Below, one piece after another: positions 1 through 7,381 of a stretch of 31,573 nt of DNA (positions are counted from its first letter, which is position 1; every line of letters starts with the position of its first letter). The notes under the pieces are model-generated. The model made no database searches. It saw nothing but the letters and a program-made list of their open reading frames with translations, and was not told where the DNA came from. The translations under genes were made by a program, and so were the position numbers. Source of the DNA: Syntrophomonadaceae bacterium (lineage in GTDB: Bacteria > Bacillota > Dethiobacteria > DTU022); the NCBI GenBank assembly GCA_003553305.1, contig PWEB01000093.1, positions 1 through 31,573 on the forward strand, read 5' to 3'.

Positions 1-2204
1 TCCAGTTCAATAGCCTTGCGCATTTCTGCTTTTGCCCCTTTAATATTATTCATTTCCATCAACTCCTGGGAGCGCCAGGTAGTATTAATTCCATTCAGCA
101 AGGTGAGAGTATAGATAAACAGGAAAAGACCCATGGTAACTCCGCCGATCCCGATCAGCATGCCGCGCCTTCCAGGCCGTTGCTGATCAATCCGGCTCCA
201 GGGGAACCAGGTGCTGTTATCAAGACTGCGCCCGGCCCCAAGCAAAACAAAGAGGAAGATACCAACCGCGCCCATGGAAAAACTCCAATCGATAACGCTA
301 TGAGCTCCCAAGGCAGTAACCGGTAAAAAAGAAGCTGCCCAGAGCTGCCATACCCTGGGAGAGGCTCTGTTTTTCAGGCAGTTACGTATAAAAGCCACTG
401 CTAAACTGACCCAAATCCCAACAAAAGCCAAAAACCCAAACAAACCGGCTTCAATCCAGACTTGCAAGAAATGATTGTGAACTTCAGTTGTATTATAAGG
501 GCGATCCTGATAAACCCGGTAAAGAGCGTTCCAGCCTCCGCCACCTGCACCTGTAATAGCATAATCCCCAATTACTTCAACTGCATCCTCCATAAAATCA
601 ACCCTGGCTCTTAAATTTCGATCCAGGGAATAGGAGAATATACGGTCATAAAAACGGTCTGGAAGCATCCGGTTCATAGCGAACCTTAAATTATGTTCTG
701 TCTCTTCTGAACTAAGAGTAACATTCCGCGCACTTACGGATGTCCCGGGATAGCGGTTATAAATGCGCACATCCAGACGCTCCATATCCTCTTCCGTCTC
801 AAATGTAAATTCTTTTTTCTCCCAGCCATCGGTTGCTCCGCCCCGATCATCAAGGATTTCTAGATCCCGATACCCGGGAAGCCCTCCAAGGACCCTGACC
901 CGCCAGGCATAAGCAGGTTCTTCTTCATCGGCTAGAGGTTCCTCTTTTGCATTGATCTCCATAGACAGCTGATAACCTTGCTCAGGTATGGCATTGCTGA
1001 TCACCTGCTCAACACTCTGAGACTCTACCGCTTCGTCAGCAGTTCGCCCTAATTGAATCGGACCCAGAGCTGGTAGTATGAAGATCACAAATAAGGCTGC
1101 CAAAACAATCGCTGATCCTCCGCCAGCCAGGGCAATACGAAGCTTGCGGCTTTGACTGAGATATAGCTCCACAAGCAAACCCAGAAGCATAGCAGCAGCG
1201 ACAGCTGATATAATCAAAACCCAGGCCTGAGCTGGTGTATCTGATCTAAAAACAGGATCTACCATCAAAGCAGCCGGAACCGCAGTCAAGCCGGTAACAA
1301 GTAAATATAGGAATGAGCGCAACCTTTCACCGGGAGCAGCAACCAAAACTAGCAACAGACTTAAAGGAGGCAAAAGCATCCAGGCGCCGCGAGAAAAAGT
1401 TAGAACCACCGTTAAAAGCATTAATGCAGCCGGGGCGAGATATAAAACCTTAAGCCACTTTTTAGCAAGTGGAGCCAGGCCAAGCGCCAGCAGGTAAGCC
1501 GCCATCAGGTAAGAGGCAGCAGTGTTTGCATAACCCATCGGGGAAGCGATTCGGTTAGAAGCATAGGCTCCAGCAAATTCCCAGTGACCGGCAGGAACAC
1601 CCAGGCTGGCTACTGTGACGACAAAAGCAGCAAGCAGGACTACATGCAGGATGAAGCTGCCCCCGGGAGGTAGATACGATGAACTCTCTTTATATTCTTG
1701 ATCTGAATTACGTTCCTGACTTAAATTTAGCTTATGTGCAGGGAACCACCAGTAACGGGAAATATCAAGCGCGACAAGGTAAACTACCAGGTAAGATGCA
1801 ATTTTTAACAATTCTTCCAGTGCATCGCGTTTGTGAACCGCGAAGAAGAAAGAAGTAAAGTATGCTACCAATAGCACAATCAGGCAAATATCCAGGGGAG
1901 AGTCAAGTAAGCGCCCGTCTTTTTTAAATAGACGAAAACAACCCCACACAATCAACAGACCAAAAATCACCACTTTGGCAATCAATAATTCGCGAGGGAA
2001 AAACAACCCACGCTGAAATGGCCCTATAAACAATAACAGCGAAATCACAGTAAGCATTAAATAAGGAAGGCCTTTTTCTACCCAGCTTTTGATGTTATCG
2101 ATCCTTGCATTTTTATGCTGCCGGGTATGCTTGGAGTCAACCTTTTTACCGGTGACGCCGCTTTGTTTTTTCTTCTTTCCCTTGCCAGATGTTTTACGCG
2201 ACAA
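1..2204 (-). CDS. O-antigen ligase (Wzy_C) family polytopic membrane protein, possible protein O-oligosaccharyltransferase; 3' end runs off the window
   Basis: Not in the ORF track. Hand translation gives an open frame from TTG at 2204 (SD GGAGG 8 nt upstream) to the window edge. It has a basic N-terminus (MSRKTSGKGKKKK), many hydrophobic helices, and the motifs LTFSRGAW, GAGGGGWNALY, EVHNHFLQVWIEAGLFG and AHSVIDWSFS. It ends in TPR-like ...AKAEMRKAIEL. Confidence 0.85.
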   Translation of the reverse strand, partial: MSRKTSGKGKKKKQSGVTGKKVDSKHTRQHKNARIDNIKSWVEKGLPYLMLTVISLLLFIGPFQRGLFFPRELLIAKVVIFGLLIVWGCFRLFKKDGRLLDSPLDICLIVLLVAYFTSFFFAVHKRDALEELLKIASYLVVYLVALDISRYWWFPAHKLNLSQERNSDQEYKESSSYLPPGGSFILHVVLLAAFVVTVASLGVPAGHWEFAGAYASNRIASPMGYANTAASYLMAAYLLALGLAPLAKKWLKVLYLAPAALMLLTVVLTFSRGAWMLLPPLSLLLVLVAAPGERLRSFLYLLVTGLTAVPAALMVDPVFRSDTPAQAWVLIISAVAAAMLLGLLVELYLSQSRKLRIALAGGGSAIVLAALFVIFILPALGPIQLGRTADEAVESQSVEQVISNAIPEQGYQLSMEINAKEEPLADEEEPAYAWRVRVLGGLPGYRDLEILDDRGGATDGWEKKEFTFETEEDMERLDVRIYNRYPGTSVSARNVTLSSEETEHNLRFAMNRMLPDRFYDRIFSYSLDRNLRARVDFMEDAVEVIGDYAITGAGGGGWNALYRVYQDRPYNTTEVHNHFLQVWIEAGLFGFLAFVGIWVSLAVAFIRNCLKNRASPRVWQLWAASFLPVTALGAHSVIDWSFSMGAVGIFLFVLLGAGRSLDNSTWFPWSRIDQQRPGRRGMLIGIGGVTMGLFLFIYTLTLLNGINTTWRSQELMEMNNIKGAKAEMRKAIEL

Positions 2205-2290
2205 TTACGATCCCTCCACCCAAAATACGCCTGTCTATAAGGATGCTTGCAAAGCAGTGAGCAACAAATTATTACTTTAGGTTTTAAGGT

Positions 2291-2325
2291 AATAAAAGGC
2301 CGCCTGTACCAATACAGACAGCCTT
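2291..2325 (-). terminator. Rho-independent terminator downstream of the beta-helix lipoprotein gene
   Basis: Minus strand AAGGCTGTCTGTA-TTGG-TACAGGCGGCCTT forms a 13-bp stem with two G-U pairs, followed by TTATT. Confidence 0.75.
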
Positions 2326-2408
2326 AGTATACCATGTTTTACTAAATTGAAAAATAATGCTATTTGCAGGAAATTTTGTGAGTTTATAAAACAAAACTTC
2401 AAAACCCC

Positions 2409-3842
2409 TTATTCCTCGTAAATATCATCCGGTGCATTGTCCTCGTATACATTGTCATCAGGATCATTTAGCTCCAGCATAGATCCCTCCGCATTGTAAA
2501 TCGCACCACCATTTCTGGCCCGGTTACCTTCAAAACTATTGTTGGCAGCAGTAATATTAGACTCAGCAGTAATGAATAATCCTCCGCCATCCCGACGAGA
2601 TTCATTGCTTCTAATCACATTGCCATCAATGATTGGATCAGATGCCTGGACAAGAATCCCGGCGCCATTGCGTTCCGCATAATTATCGGTGATATCATTG
2701 TCAGCAACTTCAGCATTTGCCTGATTACTTAAAGCTAATCCCCCGCCATTGGTGGCCCGGTTGTCAGAAATAGTATTGATTTTTATGGTGGGGGAAGAAT
2801 CTATATTTACTGCAATCCCACCCCCGGCTTCTGCTTCATTACCGATAAATATGTTGTTTTCAAGAGTAGGCGAGGATCCCATAAAGATAGCCATTCCTCC
2901 ACCCAGGGAACCGGCATAATTGTCGGAAATATCATTATCTGCAATTTCCGGTGAAGATTCTGCCATAAAAAATCCACCACCATTGTTTTCTGCATTATTA
3001 TCGAAAATACTATTGTTCAGGACACTTGGATTGGTCTGAAAAAATGAAAAGGCACCACCGTTGTCTGCCCGATTATTATGAATAGTATTCGCTTCAAATA
3101 CGGACATAGCATCTGACTCTCCACTAACAGCAACTGCACCACCACTTCTACCGGCAGTATTATCAGCAATTTCATTAGCGCGAACAGTTGCAGAAGAGTC
3201 TACTATAAACAATCCTCCCCCACCACCATCAGCGATATTATCAATAATCTTGTTATCGCGAATAAAAGGTGAGGCATGGTAAACCATGATCCCTCCAGCG
3301 CGAGAGCTAACATTGTTGGTAATTACATTATTGGTTATAGTCGGGGAACAGTCTCTTAAGATAATTATCCCGCCCCCGTAGTTAGCAGGTTCTTCTCGCA
3401 GCTCACCTTCTATTTCAAACTCCAGGCTTTCCCGGTTACCGCTACCACCGGTTATAGTAAAACCGGAGAGTACTGCATCTTCCCCCTCTTCGTTTTTGAA
3501 GGAAACCACTGAATCAGAACCGCCTCCATCAATGACGGTATCTGCAACAATCTCTGGGTTTTCAGGATCCACACTGCGAATGGTTATATTCTTCCCTTGA
3601 AAATTGATATTCTCGTTATATGTTCCGGGCTGGACCACAATTTCATCACCATCTTCTGATGCTTCAATTGCCTCCTCAATAGTTGAATAGTCATCTGGAA
3701 CAACTATGGCACCCTCATCTACTTCAACATCCCCGGTTCCGGTATCATTTCCATCACAGGCTGATATCATAACAGCCAGGGTAAAGATCAATACAGTTAA
3801 TGCGATATAGTATAGAGGATACTTACGTGTAAACTTCTTCAT
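2409..3842 (-). CDS. Acidic lipoprotein with right-handed parallel beta-helix (pectin-lyase-like) repeats
   Basis: SD GGAGG before ATG. Signal peptide with lipobox ISA-C29. N-terminal cap IVVPDDYSTIEEAI...VQPGTYNENINF. About 12 repeats of ~25 aa with pattern GG(G/A)-hydrophobic...SP.I..N.I..N.A. Confidence 0.8.
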   Translation of the reverse strand: MKKFTRKYPLYYIALTVLIFTLAVMISACDGNDTGTGDVEVDEGAIVVPDDYSTIEEAIEASEDGDEIVVQPGTYNENINFQGKNITIRSVDPENPEIVADTVIDGGGSDSVVSFKNEEGEDAVLSGFTITGGSGNRESLEFEIEGELREEPANYGGGIIILRDCSPTITNNVITNNVSSRAGGIMVYHASPFIRDNKIIDNIADGGGGGLFIVDSSATVRANEIADNTAGRSGGAVAVSGESDAMSVFEANTIHNNRADNGGAFSFFQTNPSVLNNSIFDNNAENNGGGFFMAESSPEIADNDISDNYAGSLGGGMAIFMGSSPTLENNIFIGNEAEAGGGIAVNIDSSPTIKINTISDNRATNGGGLALSNQANAEVADNDITDNYAERNGAGILVQASDPIIDGNVIRSNESRRDGGGLFITAESNITAANNSFEGNRARNGGAIYNAEGSMLELNDPDDNVYEDNAPDDIYEE

Positions 3843-3877
3843 TTAATATAAACCTCCGTTTCAGCCTTTATGACAAA

Positions 3878-3909
3878 GGTTTTCGGGCAATTACATGTAC
3901 CCAAAAACC
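3878..3909 (-). terminator. Hairpin after tRNA-Ala; weak terminator or processing stem
   Basis: Minus strand GGTTTTTGGG...CCCGAAAACC forms a 10-bp stem followed only by TTTGTC. Confidence 0.4.
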
Positions 3910-3916
3910 CCTACCG

Positions 3917-3992
3917 TGGTGGACGTGAGGGGACTCGAACCCCTGACCTCTTGAATGCGAGCCAAGTGCTCTCCCACCTGAGCTACACGCCC
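3917..3992 (-). tRNA. tRNA-Ala, anticodon CGC
   Basis: Reverse complement GGGCGTGTAGCTCAGGTGGGAGAGCACTTGGCTCGCATTCAAGAGGTCAGGGGTTCGAGTCCCCTCACGTCCACCA (76 nt) folds as a cloverleaf. Anticodon loop CT-CGC-AT, G3:U70 alanine identity pair, discriminator A73, encoded CCA. Confidence 0.97.
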
Positions 3993-4002
3993 TCGCAGGA
4001 GT

Positions 4003-4031
4003 ATTATAGCAAATACAGATCTATTAAGCAA
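4003..4031 (-). promoter_or_regulatory. SigA-type promoter of tRNA-Ala
   Basis: TTGCTT-17 nt-TATAAT with extended -10 TG, 10 nt upstream of the mature tRNA 5' end. Confidence 0.8.
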
Positions 4032-4145
4032 TAGAACCAAAAGGATAAGAAGTTCGTGTAAGGAGGTAGTAGATAAACTCCTGTAATTTATTTTGTATCA
4101 ACCTCGGTATTTCTTTTTTATGCCTTTAAATTTAAGAAATAATCG

Positions 4146-4157
4146 TAGTGGAGGCTG
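4146..4157 (-). repeat. Possible degenerate copy of the tmRNA 3' end (att-like relic)
   Basis: Minus strand CAGCCTCCACTA versus tmRNA end CCGCCTCCACCA: 10/12 identical, exact 8-mer GCCTCCAC, same orientation. Confidence 0.3.
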
Positions 4158-4363
4158 TGCGTTATGCAGACAGCGCGGTTTTTGCGTTGTCCAAGCTTTT
4201 GTGGAATCTGTGATTAAAATTGTTCATCAAGACCCTTGCTAGGCCGAATCCTGTATTGCGGGGCAAGCACCCAATGTCGGTAATGGACATTTTTGTAGCT
4301 CTAAAAAGCCTAATTATTCTCTACTCTTAATTAATTTTTGTGGGGGAATAGAACAACCTCCCG

Positions 4364-5125
4364 CTACTTTTCGGCGATAACAAGCATTTCGTAATCTTCT
4401 GTTTTTAGTTTATCTTCTCTTGACAAAGCCCCCAGCTTTGATCCGAATATTTCAATCCTTTTAAACTCCAGGGATTTAAGCAGCCAGGTAATTTCACTTG
4501 GAATATAATACCTTTCATTACACTCAAGCCGGTGTTCTTTGCCATCATCATCTGTAAAAGTAGTTATATTATAGTCCCTGAAGGTCATCAGATCAAAACT
4601 CTCGCTTTTATAATTCGCTCCTTCTGTATGGGCATCCGCTTCATGAAAATCATTAATGGAGTGGCAGAGGGGAAACAGGCCATTGAGGGTTGTAAAAATT
4701 AATTTCGCGGAGCTTTTCAGTGTTTTTGTGGCGTTTTCCAATATTTTGTAATTCATCTCGTCTGTTTCCATGAGGGGGAATCCCCCTTCGCATAACATAA
4801 TAGCAACATCAAAATGATTTTCAAAGGGTAGATTTCTTGCGTCATGTTGCAAAAAATCGATCTTAAGGTTATGCATTTTTGCTTTCTCTCTAGCTTTTTC
4901 CAACTGGGATTCCGAGAGATCAATGCCCGTGACGTCATACCCTCTATTGCAAAGTTCAATTGAATGCCTGCCGGTTCCGCAACCAATATCAATAATTTTT
5001 AAAGATTTGTCATATTGCAGTTCTCTTTCGATAAAGTCACATTCACCTATAGTCCCTTGGGTAAAAGATTCCTTGTCATATTGATCCCCATAATTATCAT
5101 ACAATTTTTCGTACCACTGTTTCAT
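4364..5125 (-). CDS. Class I SAM-dependent methyltransferase
   Basis: Motif I IIDIGCGTGRHS, post-I VTGIDLSESQL, motif II HDARNLPF and FDVAIMLC; SD GAGAGGA upstream. Confidence 0.9.
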   Translation of the reverse strand: MKQWYEKLYDNYGDQYDKESFTQGTIGECDFIERELQYDKSLKIIDIGCGTGRHSIELCNRGYDVTGIDLSESQLEKAREKAKMHNLKIDFLQHDARNLPFENHFDVAIMLCEGGFPLMETDEMNYKILENATKTLKSSAKLIFTTLNGLFPLCHSINDFHEADAHTEGANYKSESFDLMTFRDYNITTFTDDDGKEHRLECNERYYIPSEITWLLKSLEFKRIEIFGSKLGALSREDKLKTEDYEMLVIAEK

Positions 5126-5152
5126 AATATATCATCCTCTCGTTTAACCTTC

Positions 5153-5899
5153 TCATTTGTTTGTTAATGACCCTATAAACATTTTAAGCCTATATTCACC
5201 ATCCTCAAGAAGGTATTGATCGTAAAGATGATCCATATTCATTTCATCTATTTTCAATCGGCACTCCCCGAAAACAGCCATCCATTGGTCATAAGAAAAC
5301 AAACCAAGGGTATGAACCTCGTGGTGGATGCTTAATTCAACTTCTTGACGAATCAAATAGATAATGGCAGCTTCATAAGTGCTGTCAGACACGATATGGT
5401 TATTTTCAAACACCGTAATATGAATGTTTCCTTTTTCACCGGAGTAGGCAAAATTATTCTCCCTGAAATCCTCTTTCATATGGGCAACCACAAGTAAAAT
5501 TCCTTCGTTTTTCAAATGGCGAGCGGCATTCACAATCGTTTTTTTCAAATCCGCAAGGGTGGTCATGTACGTGATGGAATCTGGAATGACTACTACATCA
5601 AATTTTCTGTTTAGATCAATGGTTCTCATGTCGCCCGTTACATAAGTTGCTTCAGGATTCCTTTCCTTCGCCAAAGCAAGCATTCCTTCGCTTATGTCCG
5701 CCCCTGTAACGGAAAAATGCTCCTTAAAATGAAAATCATGCCCCCCCGCACCACAACCCAGGTGCAGCATTGTTACATTCTGGGCAGAAATACGATTTAT
5801 AATTGCCTCAACGTAGAAAAGCGCCTCTTCTTCATAAGTTTCAGGAGGAGCCAAGATATCATCGGTCCAGGCAAGTTCATCGTATGCCATCCAATTCAC
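5153..5899 (-). CDS. Class I SAM-dependent methyltransferase (small-molecule type)
   Basis: MLHLGCGAGGH, VTGADISEGML, GDMRTIDLNRKFDVV; GTG start with SD GAGGTG. Confidence 0.88.
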   Translation of the reverse strand: MNWMAYDELAWTDDILAPPETYEEEALFYVEAIINRISAQNVTMLHLGCGAGGHDFHFKEHFSVTGADISEGMLALAKERNPEATYVTGDMRTIDLNRKFDVVVIPDSITYMTTLADLKKTIVNAARHLKNEGILLVVAHMKEDFRENNFAYSGEKGNIHITVFENNHIVSDSTYEAAIIYLIRQEVELSIHHEVHTLGLFSYDQWMAVFGECRLKIDEMNMDHLYDQYLLEDGEYRLKMFIGSLTNK

Positions 5900-6017
5900 T
5901 TGAAATCACCTCTTATTATTAGTTCCTATTCAAGTGCCTTTATGCTGACAATCAACCTACTTCGTCGCTTTCCTTTCAAGGGTAAAGATCAAGCGGTTAC
6001 CTAAAACCAAAACTTTA

Positions 6018-6149
6018 CTGCTCAGCTATAGTCGTGATGCATTTTGAGCTGGCGACATTGCGATAGAGCGGTCGCAATGTTCGACGAAACAAAGGTTGCA
6101 GCTGGTCGGTCTGTATGGATCCAGGCCAAAACGCAGCACGGCTGAGCAG
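6018..6149. repeat. 132-nt long imperfect inverted repeat with a nested hairpin; MITE-like element or structured RNA
   Basis: Outer arms CTGCTCAGC (6018-6026) and GCTGAGCAG (6141-6149). Second stem 6033-6046 with 6127-6140. Inner perfect 9-bp stem ACATTGCGA/TCGCAATGT (6055-6080). Confidence 0.6.
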
Positions 6150-6248
6150 ACACTTCTGATTTTTGATTGTTCACAAGGGGGCTGTTCATTTATGTGCAAA
6201 AACTAATCTGAAAGAACCATGTTGGAGTTTACTTCGTCTAGTATCTTT

Positions 6249-6407
6249 TCATATCTCTCTATGGGTAGAACGAAATAATAATAACAAATTAACTCTTTTT
6301 ACAGCACCTGCTAGATGAGGGTAATGCCCCACAGCAGGAAGCCATCCGACAATAATAGCTAAAATTGACCCGATCAGCAATACAATTGGTATAACTATTT
6401 GGGCAGA
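6249..6407 (-). pseudogene. Possible fragment of a membrane-protein gene (no start codon)
   Basis: Stop-to-stop frame reads SAQIVIPIVLLIGSILAIIVGWLPAVG..., a transmembrane-like stretch just after ssrA; no start codon or SD. Confidence 0.2.
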
Positions 6408-6430
6408 TTAAGGAGTAGTTCTTTTTCTAA

Positions 6431-6784
6431 TGGTGGAGGCGGCGGGAGTCGAACCCGCGTCCGAAGGCCCGGCTACAAGAGCTTCTACAAGCTTAGTCCC
6501 GGTTTTTATCTCACACCAGCGGCTCCCCGGAACAGGGATCCTTTGGTGCCAGTCCCGTTAAATTTCCCACAGCAGCGGTGGGACCGCCGCTTCTGCGGTA
6601 GACCGGATTTTTGACACCCCTGCTCTTTCCCCCGGCCAGGGAAAGAAGGGATGCGCTGCTTTTATTTAAGCAGCGAGTGCGTAATTCGGTTTGGCGTCTA
6701 TAGCCGTTCCATGTTTTATCCAGGTCATGGTCCTGGACTTGCCGCTCTTGCTTCCACGACCCCCGTCGAATCCAAAACGCCCCC
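6431..6784 (-). ncRNA. ssrA: tmRNA (transfer-messenger RNA)
   Basis: 5' GGGGGCG pairs with 3' CGCCTCC-A-CCA including G3:U; T-arm GCGGGTTCGACTCCCGC. Pseudoknot 1 is TCCAGG/CCTGGA plus CCATG/CATGG (6709-6737). Tag frame GCC AAA CCG AAT TAC GCA CTC GCT GCT TAA (6695-6666). It lies 8 nt downstream of smpB. Confidence 0.97.
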
Positions 6785-6792
6785 AAACTTTA

Positions 6793-7248
6793 TTATATTT
6801 TCTGTTTTTCCTTAAACTCTCTTTCCATCTCGCGTTTACTATCCCGTTCAGCGATATCCCGGCGCTTATCGTATTTCTTTTTACCTCTGGCCAGGCCCAA
6901 TTCAATTTTGATCAGGCCTCTTATCATGTAAATTTTCAAGGGAATAAGCGCATAGCCTTTCTCCTGTATTTTACCCGCTAGTCGGCTAATCTCAACTTTA
7001 TGCATCAGTAACTTACGAGTTCGCAAAGGTTCATGATTAAAACGATTGCCCGGATCATAAGGGCTTATATGCATATTATACAAGAAAAGTTCGCCATCTT
7101 CAACCTTCGCATAGCTGTCTTTAAGGTTTACCCGGGAATTACGCACAGATTTCACTTCAGTGCCCGTCAAGACTAGCCCAGCCTCATAAGCTTCATCGAT
7201 ATGAAAATCATGCCAGGCTTTACGATTTTTACTGACTACTTTTTCCAT
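6793..7248 (-). CDS. smpB: SsrA-binding protein SmpB
   Basis: [39 protein letters not shown]; adjacent to ssrA. Confidence 0.98.
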   Translation of the reverse strand: MEKVVSKNRKAWHDFHIDEAYEAGLVLTGTEVKSVRNSRVNLKDSYAKVEDGELFLYNMHISPYDPGNRFNHEPLRTRKLLMHKVEISRLAGKIQEKGYALIPLKIYMIRGLIKIELGLARGKKKYDKRRDIAERDSKREMEREFKEKQKI

Positions 7249-7381
7249 AGTTAACGCTCCGATGACAATTATGGTTGATAAACAGTTGACGCAGAAACAA
7301 GGTATATTTCAAACCGGTTCAGCTTCTCTCTTGATACTACTAACTTGGCATAGCTTAAGCTGCATGATTTATAAGCTTGAT

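Noticed and set aside
2089-2280. Plus-strand 63-aa ORF from the track
   Set aside because: Antisense to the start of the real minus-strand ligase gene; no SD and no recognisable motif.
2352-2400. GCAGGAAAT SigH-like -35 on the plus strand
   Set aside because: No matching GAAT -10 at the right spacing.
4120-4242. 40-aa plus-strand ORF with CxxC (MPLNLRNNRSGGCALC...)
   Set aside because: No properly spaced SD (the AAGGAGGT at 4060 is too far away and has no start codon after it), and it opposes the orientation of all other genes.
4153-4330. Integron attC interpretation of GTTATGC and nearby hairpins, also considered for 6018-6149
   Set aside because: No paired RYYYAAC/GTTRRRY ends around a gene boundary, no repeated cassette sites and no integrase.
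6159-6176. Rex operator half-site TTCACAA
   Set aside because: The other half (TTGTGAA) is absent.
6022-6189. 55-aa minus-strand ORF across the large hairpin, as a possible leader peptide
   Set aside because: No SD and no telling codon bias; better explained as a by-product of the palindrome.
6666-6695. Idea that tRNA-Ala(CGC) is kept nearby to decode the tmRNA tag
   Set aside because: The tag's Ala codons are GCC, GCA and GCT; there is no GCG.
6399-6981. Four ORF-track ORFs overlapping ssrA and smpB
   Set aside because: Shadows of the tmRNA. The 6666..6905 ORF only ends in the tag frame.
7346-7361. Sigma-54 -24/-12-like TGGCAT-N5-AAGC
   Set aside because: Poor -12 element, and it points antisense into the nitroreductase gene.
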